Below, piece after piece: positions 33,402 to 52,344 of a stretch of DNA of 64,000 bases. Every line of letters starts with the position of its first letter. Within the stretch, counting starts at the first letter, position 1. The DNA is taken from the NCBI GenBank assembly GCA_964016885.1, contig CAXHJY010001374.1, positions 9,766 to 73,765 on the forward strand, written 5' to 3'. The notes beneath the pieces are model-generated. The model made no database searches. It was not told the DNA's origin and saw only the letters and a program-made list of their open reading frames with translations. Origin of the DNA: Eledone cirrhosa. Lineage: Eukaryota. The translations under genes were made by a program, and so were the position numbers.

Positions 33402-33638
33402 TATATGAATATATATATACATATACATTATATGTATATATATACATATACATATACATTATATGCATATATATATATACATATATATATATATAGTTAT
33501 ATATACGTATACACAAACAAATATATTACACAAATACAAGTGTGTTACACAGCTCAAAAGAAAATTCTGTATTCTTCTTTGAGGTAATATTATTATTATT
33601 ACTGTGAATTGCGGAATGCTCTTAATTCCGATCCTAGT

Positions 33639-33671
<33 letters not shown>

Positions 33672-33764
33672 TGTATACACATATGTACATACATATATAT
33701 ATATATATATACATATATACATATATATATATATATACATATATACATATATAAATATATACAT

Positions 33765-33856
<92 letters not shown>

Positions 33857-33874
33857 TTATACATATATATATTG

Positions 33875-33909
<35 letters not shown>

Positions 33910-34052
33910 GTGTATAATATATATATATATGTATTTGTATATATGTATATATATTTTTATATATATGTATATATATATATGTATATATATTTATATATTT
34001 ATAGATATATATACACATATATACATATACATATATACATATATATATATAC

Positions 34053-34181
<129 letters not shown>

Positions 34182-34236
34182 TACATACATATATATATAT
34201 ACATATACATATATATATATATTCAAATATATATAC

Positions 34237-34293
<57 letters not shown>

Positions 34294-34321
34294 ATCAACA
34301 GATGGTTAAAAGAGTTCCATG

Positions 34322-34392
34322 TATTTTATTATGCGCATTTCAAAAACAAATATCATCATGCGATGACATTTGCGTTTTCGTCAGATAAAATA
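34322..34392 (-). ncRNA. Minimal type I hammerhead ribozyme in a ~150-bp island within (TA)n
   Basis: TATTTTAT-CTGACGA-stem II (CAAATGTCATC/GATGATATTTG)-GAAATGCGCATA-ATAAAATA. Stem I is 8 bp; stem III is the palindrome ATGCGCAT. Confidence 0.85.
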
Positions 34393-34450
34393 GAGAAACA
34401 TGGTATGAAGTTTAAAAAACTCTTGTGAATAGTGCAGTTTTATATATATA

Positions 34451-34533
<83 letters not shown>

Positions 34534-34536
34534 TAC

Positions 34537-34573
<37 letters not shown>

Positions 34574-34594
34574 CATATATACATATATATATAT

Positions 34595-34655
<61 letters not shown>

Positions 34656-34974
34656 AATATATATACATATATTTATTATTTATTTATTCATTTATTTATA
34701 TATATATATGTTTATATATACGTGGGAAAGTAAGAAATCGGAGAATAGACCGTTAAAACATGTTTATTTAAAACAGCACCTACATACGTTTCGCCCCTTT
34801 GGCATACGCTACTTGGCAAATACCTATATGTATCACCTATCCTCCCATTTTTTTTTTCTCTCCCTCGATACGTAAATACGGTATCTATCTATCTATATAT
34901 ATATATGTATATAATATTATTCACACTTTCCGAATTTATATATTCAATGTTAAATACAGTGGTAAGAAATATGT

Positions 34975-35066
34975 GCTCCGATAGCTCAGTTGGGAAAGTG
35001 CAGGACTGTAGTTTGTTAAACAAAGGTGTCATCCTTAGGTTGATGGTTCAAATCTCCCTCACGAAA
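34975..35066 (+). pseudogene. tRNA-Tyr(GUA) pseudogene with ~19-nt intron
   Basis: CGATAGCTCAGTTGG..AGGACTGTAG [35012-35030] ATCCTTAGGT..TGGTTCAAATC matches the eukaryotic tRNA-Tyr layout. Acceptor and T stems are mismatched. Confidence 0.8.
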
Positions 35067-35411
35067 TTATTATACATAGGTAAATAGATAGAATAAATAA
35101 CCGACCCCATTAATGCAGATTTGCCTTCTGTATGATTTGAATTGGGAGCGGGCTGATCTGGCACAAATAATAATAATACATTTAATCAGACACCCTAACG
35201 ATTCTTCCGAATCCCCTTCTTCATTTCATAAAGACAAAACAAAATAAACGAAATGAATCGAGTAAGAATGAATGAAAGAAAGAAAGAAAGAAAGAAAGAC
35301 AGAAAGATAGAAAACAGGGGGAAATGCAATTAAGAAAGAAAGAAGGAAAGGAAGAAGGAACAATGAAAAAAACAATGAAAGAAGAAAAGAAAGAAAGAGC
35401 GAAAGAACGAA

Positions 35412-35740
35412 ATAATTGTTTCTACTTTTGGCATACGGCCAGCAATCACCCCCAGTGCATTGCTGGTGCTTTATTTTATCGACCCCGTAAGGATGAAAGG
35501 CAAAGTTAACCTCGACGGGATTTGAACTCAGACGGTAAAGGGCCGTAACTCTATGCTGTAAAGCATGGCATCCGACCCTCTACCAATACTGCCAAACCAC
35601 CGCCTTACGAAAAAATCAAATAATTGTTTCTATTTTTGGTACAAGACCAGCAATTATCCCATTGCATTACTGATACTTTATATTATCGACCCCGTAAGGA
35701 TGAAAGGCAAAGTTAACCTCCGATGATTTGAACTCAGAGT
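35412..35740 (-). mobile_element. Two adjacent SINE copies (one full, one partial)
   Basis: Reverse complements of the 16914 family at ~35412-35605 and ~35620-35740. Confidence 0.75.
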
Positions 35741-36789
35741 GAAAAAAAATCAAATAATGAAAGAGAGAAACATAGAAAGAATGAAATATAAAGAATGAAT
35801 GAATGAATGAAAGAAACAAACAGAGAAAGTGGGGAGAAATGAGGGAGGTTTTATACCCTAACCTCTTTACTGCAGGATTTATCTCAGCTGTGCCTCGGGG
35901 ACGGACAAGATGTAATGAATGTAAATGATTTTGACTGAGCGGTCAAATTTACTGAATTACGTCTGTCTATTTAATGTACATACATGACAGTTATGTAGGT
36001 CAAGACATTTTATCACCAGAAAATATTTGCTCAAGCAATTTACAATTCCTGTTGCCATTGAAACTATCTGCTACATATATTATCAGCGCAGACAGGACGA
36101 TGTCATTAAATATTTTTTGTCGATGCAACAGTATGCTGACCTCTATGAAAGTAAAGGCAGCTAATAAGACGAGAATCGCTTGAATAAACACTGTATGAGC
36201 AATCGATCAATGAGATAGTTTACATTACATTTTATCTCAGTGACTTCCAATCCTACTTTTACATGACTTGGGTGTTGTTTACCGAGCTGTTATAGTCAGA
36301 ATTGCAAACATTAAATTTGATATAAGTCCAACGTAAATGTTACCAACATTTTCCAGCAAACAACTGCTGTAAATACGTTAATAGAATTGTCATATCTTTA
36401 TTTAGTTATGGCCATATTAAATGACGTAAAAATTCTTTACTCTTTCAGACAGTCCTGTCCCCTCTATTCAATATAAAGTCATACGTTGCAATATAAAACA
36501 TTTTCGTCTTTATCTATAGGTCTATATTATCACGTCAGCCTGGATGTTGTTGAAAAGGTTGTCATGTCATCAGTTTTACGATAAGTAGTACATAAATCCG
36601 CCAAATATGGTTGGCATTATAAATTCGATTAGTTTAGTTGATTCATTTAGTAAATCTATTATTTATTTATAATACATTTCTCGTGAAAACAGGTTTAAAA
36701 TAGTTTCAGCAATTTTCGATGGTAAATGTATTTTTACTTAGAATAAAACAATGAAAGGTTACCATATTTCTCCCAGTACGCGTTTAATA

Positions 36790-37070
36790 TTTTATTAGCT
36801 GATAGGAGTGAAGACATAAAACCATAAAGAAGAGCAACCAGAGATGGATTGGCAACACCTCAGAGACATGTCGATTATTAGATTGAGAGATCGGGCAACT
36901 AGACAATGGAAATGAAATAGAAAGCGGCCAAATGCAAGATATCATGATGATCTGCCCCGATATATCAAACCCACATGGTCCAATATGGCTAGAAATGAGA
37001 ACCAGTAGAGGCCAACCAGGGAAGGGGGGGGGGGTTCCTCCAACAGGAGTGAGAATGCCCTGGAGGTTTG
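36790..37070 (+). mobile_element. Decayed RTE-like LINE 3' fragment
   Basis: Remnant reading ..NRKRPNARYHDDLPRYIKPTWSNMARNENQ.R..REG..FLQQE. Confidence 0.5.
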
Positions 37071-37416
37071 ATTTTGGATAGCCGTATCGGAAGGCAATTT
37101 GTATTTACCATAAGAGTTCTGGTTTCAAACTAACCATGTGATATTTTTATGGGTGTCGTCACGTCTGTTTCTTTGTAGAGCGTCATTTCTTGGACAGCTG
37201 TTATAGCGGTGTTCTATTGTCCAAAGTGTTGGCTATTATTGATAACAGAAAATATGTAATTTTTCTGTAGTAGTAGTTTATGTTAGACATAAATGTTTCT
37301 ATTTGCTGGATTTAAAGAATTGATCTCAAATGTGCGAACTATACTTAAATTTCCATTTTCCTGGGAAGATAAAAATAGTAGTCGTGCACTGGAGTTGATC
37401 TCACTCTCCCTGTCTG

Positions 37417-37453
<37 letters not shown>

Positions 37454-37489
37454 TAAAATAACAGATTAAAGTTTAAGCATTATTATTAT

Positions 37490-37634
<145 letters not shown>

Positions 37635-38319
37635 ATTCATCTACTTTTTCACCCACTATATTTCTCTCGTATTATATGTCTTTGGACTCTACCTGTAATT
37701 AAGGGATTCACATAATATGTCAGGCCGATTATTACGTAGAGAGACGGTTGTTACGTGTATGTGTACATTTAGAGCACTGTACTATTTACACGTTAATAGC
37801 AGGATTAAGAGCTCAGATTTGAGAAATAATCGGATGAGTAATACGCAAGTATTATTCATTAAATATATTGATACCGCATCAACAAGATACGAGACCTCAT
37901 TCGCGTACCGAGTGAAGTGAAACTCGTTAGACCTGACCAATGGAAACAATGTTTCTATTGGTCTTTCCAATTGTTGATTCTATCTAAAGACTAAATACTT
38001 GACAGAAGGAGCAACAGAAAAATAAAGTATCTTTCTCAAAGACAACATATTACACGGCGCAGGAATATAAGTCAACTCAACTTCTCAAGTGTGAATCCAA
38101 CAATCTAACCACGAACATTCAGACATTCACATACAATATATGAATGCATGGGGGAGTCAGAGACGTACCATATATATGTGGAGGATTCTTGGGGTTTATT
38201 TAAACCTGTCCATCAATTTTACAGGTCTGAATACAGCAAATTTGTTCCTGAGAAGGAAGAGAGAGAGAGAGTGATAGAGTAAGAGAATGGAAGAGAAAAG
38301 AGATATAGAGAAAGAACAG

Positions 38320-38470
38320 AACCCAGTATAAGATTAGTACTTTTTGTATCGACTGTGAATGGATGAAAGTCAAAGTTGACCTCGTCCTAATTTATACTCA
38401 GGGAACAGAGAGTCTAAACGAATACCGCGAGCCATTCTTCTGGCATTCTAACAAGTCTGCCAATAGGCCA
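38320..38470 (-). mobile_element. Diverged SINE copy
   Basis: GGATGAAAGTCAAAGTTGACCTCG central domain. Confidence 0.6.
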
Positions 38471-38673
38471 CCTGTTCAATGTATATGGTATATTAGTTGT
38501 AGATTGCATCTCATATATATATATATGTATATATGAATATTGCAACTCATATATATATATATATCTCATATATATATGAGATTGCATCTCATATATATAT
38601 ATATATATATATATATGAATATATATATATATATATATTCATACATATATATATTCATATATATATTTATATA

Positions 38674-38709
<36 letters not shown>

Positions 38710-38954
38710 TATATAAATATATATAGGAATATATATATGTATGAATATATATATGTATGAATATATATATATATGAATATATATATATATGAATATATAT
38801 ATAGGCATATATATATATGTATATATATATATATATGAATATATATATATATGAATATATATATACATATGAATATATATATGAATATATATATACATAT
38901 GAATATATATATGAATATATATATATATGAATATACATATATATGAATATATAT

Positions 38955-39730
<776 letters not shown>

Positions 39731-39773
39731 ATATATATATGAATATATATATATCTATATGAATATATATATA

Positions 39774-39984
<211 letters not shown>

Positions 39985-40173
39985 TATATACATATATATA
40001 TGAATATATATATTGTTATACTTGGGGAGGGTCATATTTGTGTAATATTGCCAGAATAAATAACAGAACACACTCACTGTTTGGTTGGTTTTCGCTTCTC
40101 GCTTCTGTGTCTTTTTTATCGGTAATCTAACTTACTCGGTCCTCAATGTTGCCATTGACTGAGATATATATAT

Positions 40174-40199
<26 letters not shown>

Positions 40200-40206
<7 letters not shown>

Positions 40207-42385
40207 AATTATAGAAATTACATGAAACAAAGTTCTGTTTAAATCATTTATTCGCTTACAATTGTTTCTTCCAAACCGAGGTTTGGTGTCTTCGGAGCAA
40301 TTTTTCAATGATTTTTTTATATACTTGACCTCTTTTCCAACACAAGAGACATATAGAAACATATGTATATATTGACGCACTGTGGGTTGACATCCATTAT
40401 AATAAATCAGAGAGTTCAAATCCCGCTGAGGTTGACTTTGGATTTCATCCTTACGGGGTCGATAAAATAAAGTACCAGTAATGCACTGGGTAATTGCTGG
40501 CCTTGTGCCTAAAGTAGAAACAATTATAATAATATAGCATGGCAATTTACATACAAAGATTAAAGTCATATTAAAGGACAAAATTAAAGTTAAAATACAA
40601 CATTGGCAGCTTACAAAGATAAAGCAAGAGGATAGTTTGAGGTAGTTAGTGTATGCAATATTTACACGTGGGGCATGCACGTGTGTCTAATGTATATAAG
40701 ATTATAGTGCGGCAGGGTGTTATATGTAATACAAGCAGTTTAAGCGGGCAATCAAGAGTATTATGGGGGGGTTGTAATGTTAAAGTATTTTTATAGATAT
40801 ATATGTATGATATAGAAGCCTGCGTGTAGAGAAATATAAAAAATATTAAAAGTATTAAAAGTGAGAAGCATAACAATACACCACCATTTTCACAATCCAG
40901 GAAACGCAATTTATAGATTATATGTCCCTTACACAATCCACGATGATTCAACATTGGATGCCTGATGAACCACGTTATAACAACACAGCTTGTTGTTCTC
41001 TAAATCAATTCTATAGAGCAGGTTGCTTTTTGTTGCGAGAAATTGACATCGTATTATTTTCCGGAAGTGTGTGTGTGATTAAGGGGTGTTAATGCGTAAT
41101 TAACTAGCTGATTTCTATAACTAAATTTATTATCCTAATGTACACCTAGAGGTGGTGACGGGTTCAAGTCTGACATTGTTAATATTGGTTTTAAAGTTTT
41201 CGAAGGAGTTCGGAAGCGGTGCAGGCAAGACGCGAACACTTCTGATTTTTTATTAAGGAGGTTATGGTTAGAGAAGATAATAGTATGGGTCTCTAGTAGA
41301 CAGAGGTTACACAATTTATTAGGTGGTTTGTACGATGTCGCGTTAGCTATCACTTCCCATTTAAATGTATATGATTTATTTTTAGTTTTTAGATAGTGTA
41401 TGTAGCTAGATAGTGAAGTGGAGTTGCCTAGACTGTGTTTTTTGAAAGAGTGGAGGTGCGAATTGTATCTGGTCTTGAAGCAGTTTGAAGTAGAGCCTAT
41501 ATATGTTTCAGAAGAGTTGCTAGTTGTGACGGTGCATGAGTATATGATATCCTTGATTAAGCATTTTTTATCTAAAGGGCAGGTTCTATTTGATCTACAG
41601 TTACAATTATTCTGGGTGTTAGTCTGCCGGTTATTATGTTGTGTAGAAGTCTGGATGGTAGCTATAGGATTATGGTTATGGGGGTTGTCGTTCCCAGCGT
41701 TATTGCTTACACTAGTGGTATTACTATTATTTCTATTGTTATTAGGGTTAGTTGATATAAGGTTATTTTGAAGGTTTATCGTCTGTTGTGATTTAGTTTG
41801 TTGGAAGTAAGAATTAATTTTTCTTCTATTGCTACTAGCTATGTGGTATGCTATGTTAGGCGTAGTAGAGTAGGAGATTTTAATAGTGTTTTTGTTTAAA
41901 AGGCTATGGTACTTGTGGCCAGATGGGAAGTTTTTATCTAGTAGTGAGAAGAAAGCCCTAGGTAGGTTGGTAGAGACGTTTAGATTGAAAGGAGGGTTGA
42001 AAATGTATTATTTCTTCTTCTATTTTTGTTTTTTATGTCCGGTGAGTTGTTTCCTTTTATGGTACTATGGTAATTTCTGTGGTGTGTGTTACTTCTGTTG
42101 GCATCCTCCGTATTTGTGTGTGTGTGGTTGCGATTCTTATTACTAAATTTCCTCATGGACATGTTGTGCGAGATAATGTTGTAGCTATGTGTTTTTGTAG
42201 GTAGGAACTCGATCTCTATATTATGGCCTGATCTAGCTAATGCCTGATTATAATATTACGAGTTTTTGCTAAATATGTTTACGTCATAGGATAGATTAGA
42301 GATTCTATTGGATACTCCCTTAGAGATAGAGTTTAATATTGACCTAGGGTGGTTAGACTTGGTATCTACGTAAATGAGTTTGTGT
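40200..42385 (-). mobile_element. Decayed Naiad-like PLE 3' part; UTR interrupted by a SINE (40410-40525)
   Basis: Minus frames give SNHP, NPPFNLNVST, CNCRSNRTCPL, YIGSTSNCFKTRYNSH, CNLC and LNKKSEVFASCLH. The CCGAAGA HHR is at 40252-40300. Confidence 0.8.
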
Positions 42386-42394
42386 GTGAATGAA

Positions 42395-42680
42395 GTAATT
42401 CTGTTGGAAAAATCCAGGAAAAAAGAGTGCTCTATGTAGGTAACAGAGCTTAATAGTTATGTAATAATAAACATAAGGCAATTATTTCATTTACCAGTGG
42501 TTTCTTAAAAGCAAAAACAAATTTCAATCATCAGAATGAAAAACAATCATCAGAATGAAAAAAACCTAGTGTATTTATTGGCGTTAGATTTTAAGATCAA
42601 AAATATAATCTATATGAAAGTGAGGCTGGAAAAGGAAGAAGGAAAGGAAAAATAAAAACACACATGCAAAGACAAACACA
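42395..42680 (-). repeat. Dispersed repeat (probable PLE 3' UTR)
   Basis: Reverse-complement homolog of ~51340-51600. Confidence 0.55.
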
Positions 42681-43330
42681 CACACACAAATATATACATA
42701 CACATATATATATATACATAGACACATACTTACATACACACATACACACACACACATATATATGTGTACATATATCCATACACATACATATACACATGCA
42801 TACACACATAAATACCAACATATCCATACATACACATACATACACATACACAAAAGTGCATACACAAACACACACACACACAGATATACATGCATATATA
42901 TATATATATACATAAACATACATATACATACATACACACAGATACATATATATACACACACACATATATATATATATATACATACCCATACATATACACA
43001 CATATATACATACACATACATACATACACACAATCATACGTATATACACACGTACATACGTACACATACATACACACATATATACATGTATACATACGCA
43101 TGCACAAATATAAAAATATATACACACACCTACATACTCACACACCCAAATAAATATAAGAAAAAATAGTGTTGAACAAAAAGGTGACGTGGTTGCCTTA
43201 ACACTGTACGGCATAAACTCAGGCTGTCAGTTTGTTTACAAACGGACAAAACGGGCGTTATAATAAACGTCCGCTAAACTGATACGTACATATATGTATG
43301 TGTACCTGTATGTATATATATATATATATA

Positions 43331-44096
43331 TATAAATTAATATGTAAGTGATGAAACACAGATACCAACACATCTGTATATATATTGCAAAAGAAAAATT
43401 TAACCAGATTGAAGTATACTAATTATTATACTACAGTTTGTCCATATCGATTTAAAATAATAAATCAACGGTGACGAACTGTATTGGCAAGAGGCCGTGA
43501 TGTTTAGACACATTTAAATTTCAAAATCAAACCTGTTCCGTAGATAAGTTTAGACTTTAAGATCCAAATATGTTTCGAGTTAAATAAGTGTAGGAATATC
43601 ATGTCCCGCACTCCTCAGTAAACATCCAGAGACAAATTGATATGCTTCACTTCTAAATGAATTAAAAGACTGCAAACCGTCTCATATAATAGACTGTTAT
43701 TTCTAGCAGTACGGTTATGAGACTAGTTAGATACTGTAAAGCCATGTGCGTCACGCAATCTTTTAATTCATTTAGAAGTGAAGCATATCAATTTGTCTCT
43801 GGATGTTTACTGAGGAGAGCGGGACATGATATTCCTACACTTATTTAACTCGAAACATATTTGGATCTTAAAGTCTAAACTTATCTACGGAACAGGTTTG
43901 ATTTTGAAATTTAAATGTGTCTAAACATCACGGCTTTTGCCAATACAGTTCGCCTCCGTTGATTTATTATTTTAAATCGATATGGACAAACTGTAGTATA
44001 ATAATTAGTATACTTCAATCTGGCTAAATTTTTCTTTTGCAATATATATACAGATGTGTTGGTATCTGTGTTTCATCACTTACATATTAATTTATA
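43331..44096. repeat. ~340-bp-arm inverted repeat, each arm carrying a hammerhead ribozyme
   Basis: Arms ~43331-43674 and ~43756-44096. HHR at 43802-43929(+) and its mirror at 43499-43626(-). Confidence 0.85.
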
Positions 44097-44185
44097 CACT
44101 GCTCAGGGGACATTTTTCCTCATTCGAGCTGATTCCATTGTAAAAGAATTAATTACCTTATTAATTATATATATATATATATATA

Positions 44186-44610
44186 TATGCATGCTACTGT
44201 ACGTCTGTATACATATATGTATGTACGTATACATACATACTTACATTTAAGTAAGTGCCGTACTAAGAGTGAGAAATGAAATTTCGTTTTCATTTTATTA
44301 CAACTTATCGTTTTCGGTGCGCCTGGCCGACTGAACTCACTCGATATGCAAATTAGGCTGCTAAGCCGTTAATTTTCATAATGAAAGTATATACATTCGA
44401 ACGTTCAACCATCTGGCAGAAGGGTATACGGTGCTGATGATAGCTAACAAGTACATCGTTCCTGTGTCAGTGTTGAACAAAAAGGTGACGTGGTTGACTT
44501 AAACACCGTACGGCATGAATTCAGGCTGTCAGTTTGTTTACAAACGGACAAAGCGGGCGTTATAATAAACGCCCGCTAAACTGATACGTGCATATATGTA
44601 TGTGTACCTG

Positions 44611-44615
<5 letters not shown>
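44186..44615 (+). mobile_element. Full-length family G HHR-bearing non-coding repeat
   Basis: Flanked by (TA)n. ACGGTG-CTGATGA-TAGCT is present but the GAAAC segment is deleted. Other copies at 19530, 39147, 43168 and 48710. Confidence 0.75.
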
Positions 44616-48530
<3,915 letters not shown>

Positions 48531-48554
48531 TAAAAGATAAGATAACTTACCTAG

Positions 48555-48709
48555 AAAACACCGCAAAATTGCAGAGGAGGAATAGACATAGGCAGATTAG
48601 CTGGTACAACCCTCCCTTCAATAGAGAGGTATCTACTCCGATAGCTAGGATTTTCTTCACTTTACTGAAATTACACTTCCCCATACAACATAGGTACTAC
48701 ACCATCTTT

Positions 48710-48711
<2 letters not shown>
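48555..48711 (+). mobile_element. Inverted upstream segment of the same Naiad-like ORF
   Basis: RQISWYNPPFNREVST...HRYYTIFN; ~29 bp overlap in reverse with 48501-48529. Confidence 0.8.
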
Positions 48712-49132
<421 letters not shown>

Positions 49133-49156
49133 ATATATATATATATATATATATAA

Positions 49157-49305
49157 AGGTGCACAAAGAATTGTTCTTTGTGTACCACTGAAAAATTTAG
49201 GATTTTGCAAATCTTAAAAGCCACTTCAACTTGCCTGAACTCAAAGTCCGAGATCTTCAGATGTTGTCCTCACCTGAAATCACATCTGATCTGTAACTGG
49301 ATTGA
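49157..49305 (+). mobile_element. Naiad-type GIY-YIG extreme C-terminal fragment
   Basis: Reads [13 protein letters not shown]...CLNSKSEIFRCCPH. Confidence 0.7.
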
Positions 49306-49595
49306 CATTCCTACGATAACTCAACCACCTTGAACTTCTTCTCTGCTCTCTACGCCTTACATCAACTACGGTTTTTTTACCTTTTGAATTCACTTTCTAT
49401 AATTTTATATTCTTTTTCTCCCTTATCTCCCCTTATATTTAAACTTTTTCCTATGTTATTTATTTTCCTTATTTTCCCCACTACTTTCTACCTTACCCTT
49501 CACATACCCACCTTTTTTTATTTTTTGATATTTATTTCTGAGTGTGTGTGTGTTGCGTATATGTATGCGTATATGTATATATATGAATATATATG

Positions 49596-49663
<68 letters not shown>

Positions 49664-49859
49664 GATAAATCTACCAAGAGTTTACGGTAGTGTCCAATTC
49701 GTATGAAGAACTCAATGTATTCCGGATATCATGGAAAGAAGAGATGTAATGAAAAATCACTTTCGGTGAAAGATAAACGGTATACAGAGTCAAGATAAAA
49801 TATTAAACAAATAATGAATAAAACAATGAAACAGTTCCTTATATTAAACAAAAAAAGTT

Positions 49860-50010
49860 CATTATTTAACGATCGTTTCTAGGATATATATGTGTTATAA
49901 TTGGCATGCATATTCAACAGATCTATGTACAAAATTATACAAAATTATACAAACTATCAAGATTAAATATACATACCAAACACACATATATGCCGTCTTC
50001 AGAAATAATG
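49860..50010 (-). ncRNA. Hammerhead ribozyme with >100-nt stem II
   Basis: CATTATTT-CTGAAGA-...-GAAACGATCGTT-AAATAATG. Stem I is 8 bp; stem III is the palindrome ACGATCGT. Lies within repeat 49660-50010. Confidence 0.7.
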
Positions 50011-50458
50011 AAATATATTTATTGATAATAACAACAATTCAAAATTTCATGTCCGTTTGGGAACGGAGTTCAAAATTGACCAATGAAAATACAAAAGGTT
50101 TTAGGCAGTTTGGTGTGTGTATATACATGTAACTAACCCCGTACACATATTTATAAAAAGATATATGCTCAACATGCATACGCATGCCAAAAAGATGCAT
50201 GCAAATACAAAATTTCAAGGCTAATGTCTCTGTAAGTTTATAATCCACAGATAAAATGCGTATAGACACATAAATATGAAATAAGTGTATACACATATTC
50301 TCATACTCACACATATCCGTACACTCACACACACGCGCGCGTATATGCATAAACATACACATAATTACGAACATACATACATATATATATATATAAACAT
50401 ACATACACACACATATATATATAAACACATATATATATAAACATACATACACACACAT

Positions 50459-50548
<90 letters not shown>

Positions 50549-50856
50549 TTATATGTGTGTGTATGTATGTTTATATTCATCTGTATGTATATGTATGTGT
50601 GACTATAATTGTATTTTATATGGTTCTGTTATATTTGTGTGTGTGTGTATTTTTATATAATGCTTTTGTGTGTATATATACAATAGCCGCAGAAACGGCT
50701 ATTTATTTATTATTTGTCGTATTCCCAACTTTTTATTTTTATTTTTATATATACAACATTTAGGTTTTTTTATATATTTAATATTTATGTTTTTCTTATA
50801 TATATATGTGTGTGTGTGTATGTATGTATTTGTGTGTATATGTATATGTGTGTGTA

Positions 50857-50933
<77 letters not shown>

Positions 50934-50941
50934 TTATATGT

Positions 50942-50975
<34 letters not shown>

Positions 50976-51619
50976 ATGTAAGAGTTGAACAAGGTTCATA
51001 TGAATACATCTAAGAATGTTTATGTATTTGTATGTATGTGTTTGTGATATGTATGTATGTATGTGTATGTGTGTATAGATATATATATATATATGTACAT
51101 ATGTATATATATGTATGTATGTATATGTGTATGTGCATGTATGTGTATATGTATATGTATGTGTATGTGTATGTGTGAGTGTGTGTATGTATTTATGTTT
51201 ATGTTTGTATGTGTATGTACTATTGTGTGTATTGCTTACCAAGTGTGTTTGTTCATTTAATTGTTTACTGTATCGCTGTCAACACTATAATCATTTTTAA
51301 ATTCATTTGTATTCTTATGTGACGGTATTTTTATTATAATTGCGTGTGTATGTGTGTGTTTATTTTTCCTTTCCTTCTTGCTTTTCCAGCCTCACTTTCA
51401 TATAGATTATATTTTTGTTTTTAAAATCCAATGTCAATAAATACACCAGGATTTTTCATTCTCATGAGTGAAAGCAAAATTATTTGTTTGCTTTTAAGAA
51501 ACCACTGGTAAAGGAAATAATTGCCTTATGTTGTTTATTACTTAACTATTAAGCTCTGTTACCTACATAGAGCACTCTATTTTCCAGGACCTTTCCGATA
51601 TATATATATATATATATAT

Positions 51620-52122
51620 GTAGATAAATCTACCAAAAATTTACGGTAGTGTCCAATCCGCATGAAGAACTCAATGTAATCCGGATATCATGAAAAGAGA
51701 AGATACATTCAAATACTATTTTCGGTGAAAATTAACGGAAACCAGAGTCAAGATAAATTAATAAAGTAATGAATAAACAAAGAAACAGTTCCTTATATTA
51801 AAATAATTCATCATTTTACGAACGTTTCTAGGATATATATGTGTTAGTGTTGGTATGCATATTCTATAGATCTATGTAAAATATTTATACAAACTATCAG
51901 AGGGAACATACATACCTACACATATATATGCTGTCTTCAGAAGACAGCATATATATATGTGTAGGTATGTATATCCCTCTGATAGTTTGAATAAATATTT
52001 TACATAGATCTATAGAATATGCATACCAACACTAACACATATATATCCTAGAAACGATCGTAAAATGATGACATTTTTTAATATAAGGAACTGTTTCTTT
52101 ATTTATTCATTTCTTTATTAGT
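51620..52122. repeat. Second copy of the 49660 family with foldback centred at ~51930
   Basis: GCTGTCTTCAGAAGACAGC centre; arms ~51760-51930 and ~51930-52122. Confidence 0.75.
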
Positions 52123-52143
52123 ATATATATATATATATATATG

Positions 52144-52215
<72 letters not shown>

Positions 52216-52236
52216 TATATATATATATATATATGA

Positions 52237-52305
<69 letters not shown>

Positions 52306-52344
52306 TGAATATATATATATGAATATATATATATATGAATATAT

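Noticed and set aside
35900-36790. Unique AT-rich stretch as a possible gene or DNA transposon relic
   Set aside because: Only short ORFs, with no recognisable motifs or terminal repeats.
51455-51500. CTCATGAGTGAAAGC motif (CTGATGATTGAAA in the 42520 copy)
   Set aside because: No stem II and poor stem I; it cannot be supported as a ribozyme.
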